A stretch of DNA of 54,746 nt from a virus (Duplodnaviria > Caudoviricetes). Positions 53,611 to 54,746 of the stretch are shown in pieces. Position 1 is the first letter of the stretch. Each line of letters begins with the position of its first letter. The notes under the pieces are model-generated. The model made no database searches. It was not told where the DNA came from and saw only the letters and a program-made list of their open reading frames with translations. The position numbers and the translations under genes were made by a program. The stretch is from positions 1 through 54,746 of IMG/VR virus record IMGVR_UViG_3300000117_000028; one strand, written 5' to 3'.

Positions 53611-54746
53611 TGGGTGCTATTAATTTAAAACATAATGGTAGCGGTTCTGACATAACACTCTCTAGTGACGGCACTGACCTACTCTTAGACGGTACAGCTA
53701 TTGGTGGAGGTGGTGGTTCACCTGATCTGTTTGCTGATAATTGGAACGGTACATCCACACAACCAAGTGCAACGGGTGAAAACGCAGTCGCACTTGGATA
53801 TGGCTCTGTATCTAGTGGCATCCAAGGGATGGCACTCGGCACACGAGCAGTAGCTTATGGGTCTGGTAATACTACTTGGGGCATGGTTGCCTTCACGGAC
53901 TCATATGCTTCAGGCAGACATTCCTTAGCAGGTGCAATTGCATCAGGCATTTCTAGTTATGGCGCTACTGGTCAAGGCTCAGTAGCCTTTGGTCAGCAGT
54001 CCAAAGCTACAAGCAGTTATGCGACTGCCATTGGTATGACATGTACTGCATCAGGTAGCTATTCTACTGCAATAGGCGATAACGCTGTAGCATCACACGC
54101 AAATGGTATTGCCATAGGTGACGCCGCAACTACTTCAGCAACAAACCAAATTGCTCTTGGTGGTACAGCTGATACCGTAAAGATCAGCGGAACTTACACC
54201 CTACCCACCTCAGATGGTACTAACGGACAGGTTCTAACCACAGACGGTTCAGGGGCAGTTACCTTTGCTGATGCTGGTGGCGGTGGGGGTGCTGATCTGT
54301 ACGCTGCTGAGACTACAGGGTCTACTGACCCGACTGCTACAGGCACACTTTCTTTAGCCATAGGTTCTAGTGCAAACGGCTCTGGCACTAATGCAGTTGC
54401 TATTGGCAATGGGGCTGCAGCAGGGACTTACTCTGTTGGAATAGGTTGGAACGCAGGAAACACTGGGTCAAATAACACTATTATTGGTCGCACTGGCTCA
54501 ACAGCGGGTACGTCTGGCGCAACTGTTATTGGTTATAATGCTGATGTTGCTGACTACACGTCGAATCAGACTGCATTAGGGTATCAGGCAAAAACTAGCA
54601 GCGGTGCGCAAGCTACAGCTTTAACTCAGTCCTATGCTTCTGGTGGAAACAGCTTTGCAGCCGCTATAGCCAACAACTCATCTAGCTACGGCGCTACTGG
54701 TGCGAATAGCATTGCGATGGGATCGCTGGCAAAGGCTACTGGATCT
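53610..54746 (+). CDS. Tail fibre 3 (paralog, runs off the window end; not in ORF track)
   Basis: TAATG start, MGAINLKHNGSGSDITLSSDGTDLLLDG matches the fibre 2 N-terminus; open to the end of the window. Confidence 0.85.
   Translation, partial: MGAINLKHNGSGSDITLSSDGTDLLLDGTAIGGGGGSPDLFADNWNGTSTQPSATGENAVALGYGSVSSGIQGMALGTRAVAYGSGNTTWGMVAFTDSYASGRHSLAGAIASGISSYGATGQGSVAFGQQSKATSSYATAIGMTCTASGSYSTAIGDNAVASHANGIAIGDAATTSATNQIALGGTADTVKISGTYTLPTSDGTNGQVLTTDGSGAVTFADAGGGGGADLYAAETTGSTDPTATGTLSLAIGSSANGSGTNAVAIGNGAAAGTYSVGIGWNAGNTGSNNTIIGRTGSTAGTSGATVIGYNADVADYTSNQTALGYQAKTSSGAQATALTQSYASGGNSFAAAIANNSSSYGATGANSIAMGSLAKATGS

Noticed and set aside
50594-54746. Diversity-generating retroelement suggested by the Mtd-like N-terminus and repeated C-termini
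   Set aside because: No reverse transcriptase gene; differences between repeats are not adenine-specific; all copies are in intact ORFs
1-54746. Direct circular join of the window ends
   Set aside because: The end sequence is still in the YadA-like repeats while position 2 is the last 13 codons; by comparison with the paralogs, several hundred bases of the C-terminal domain are missing

Overview
The window is an almost complete ~55 kb genome of a marine podovirus of the HMO-2011 type. The assignment rests on a family-A DNA polymerase with a DnaJ-like CxxCxGxG insert, a tyrosine integrase, a class II RNR, ThyX and MazG. The host is probably a Roseobacter-group or other alphaproteobacterium (inferred from DUF1127, DUF6127, DUF1289 and GTA-type holin genes). 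There are two arms. A minus-strand early/replication arm (34472 to 15874) and a plus-strand late arm (35496 to the end, continuing from position 1 to 15834) diverge from a ~1 kb non-coding region (34473-35489) and converge on a terminator at ~15845. The assembly is opened inside the third of three tandem paralogous tail-fibre genes. No tRNA, rRNA or CRISPR array was seen. The most notable undescribed-looking features are: (1) an unannotated DUF1127 small-protein gene with its own promoter and a 5' UTR that folds into a three-way junction burying the Shine-Dalgarno; (2) five co-oriented copies of a 14-16 bp palindrome across the early region; (3) long cruciform-forming inverted repeats over two early promoters; (4) related internal-loop hairpins in the scaffold and capsid leaders; (5) a shared [MFL]xxGG motif in several late proteins; (6) RMF-like, ArfA-like and Ogg-like small genes. 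All family assignments come from motif recognition by eye, not database searches.
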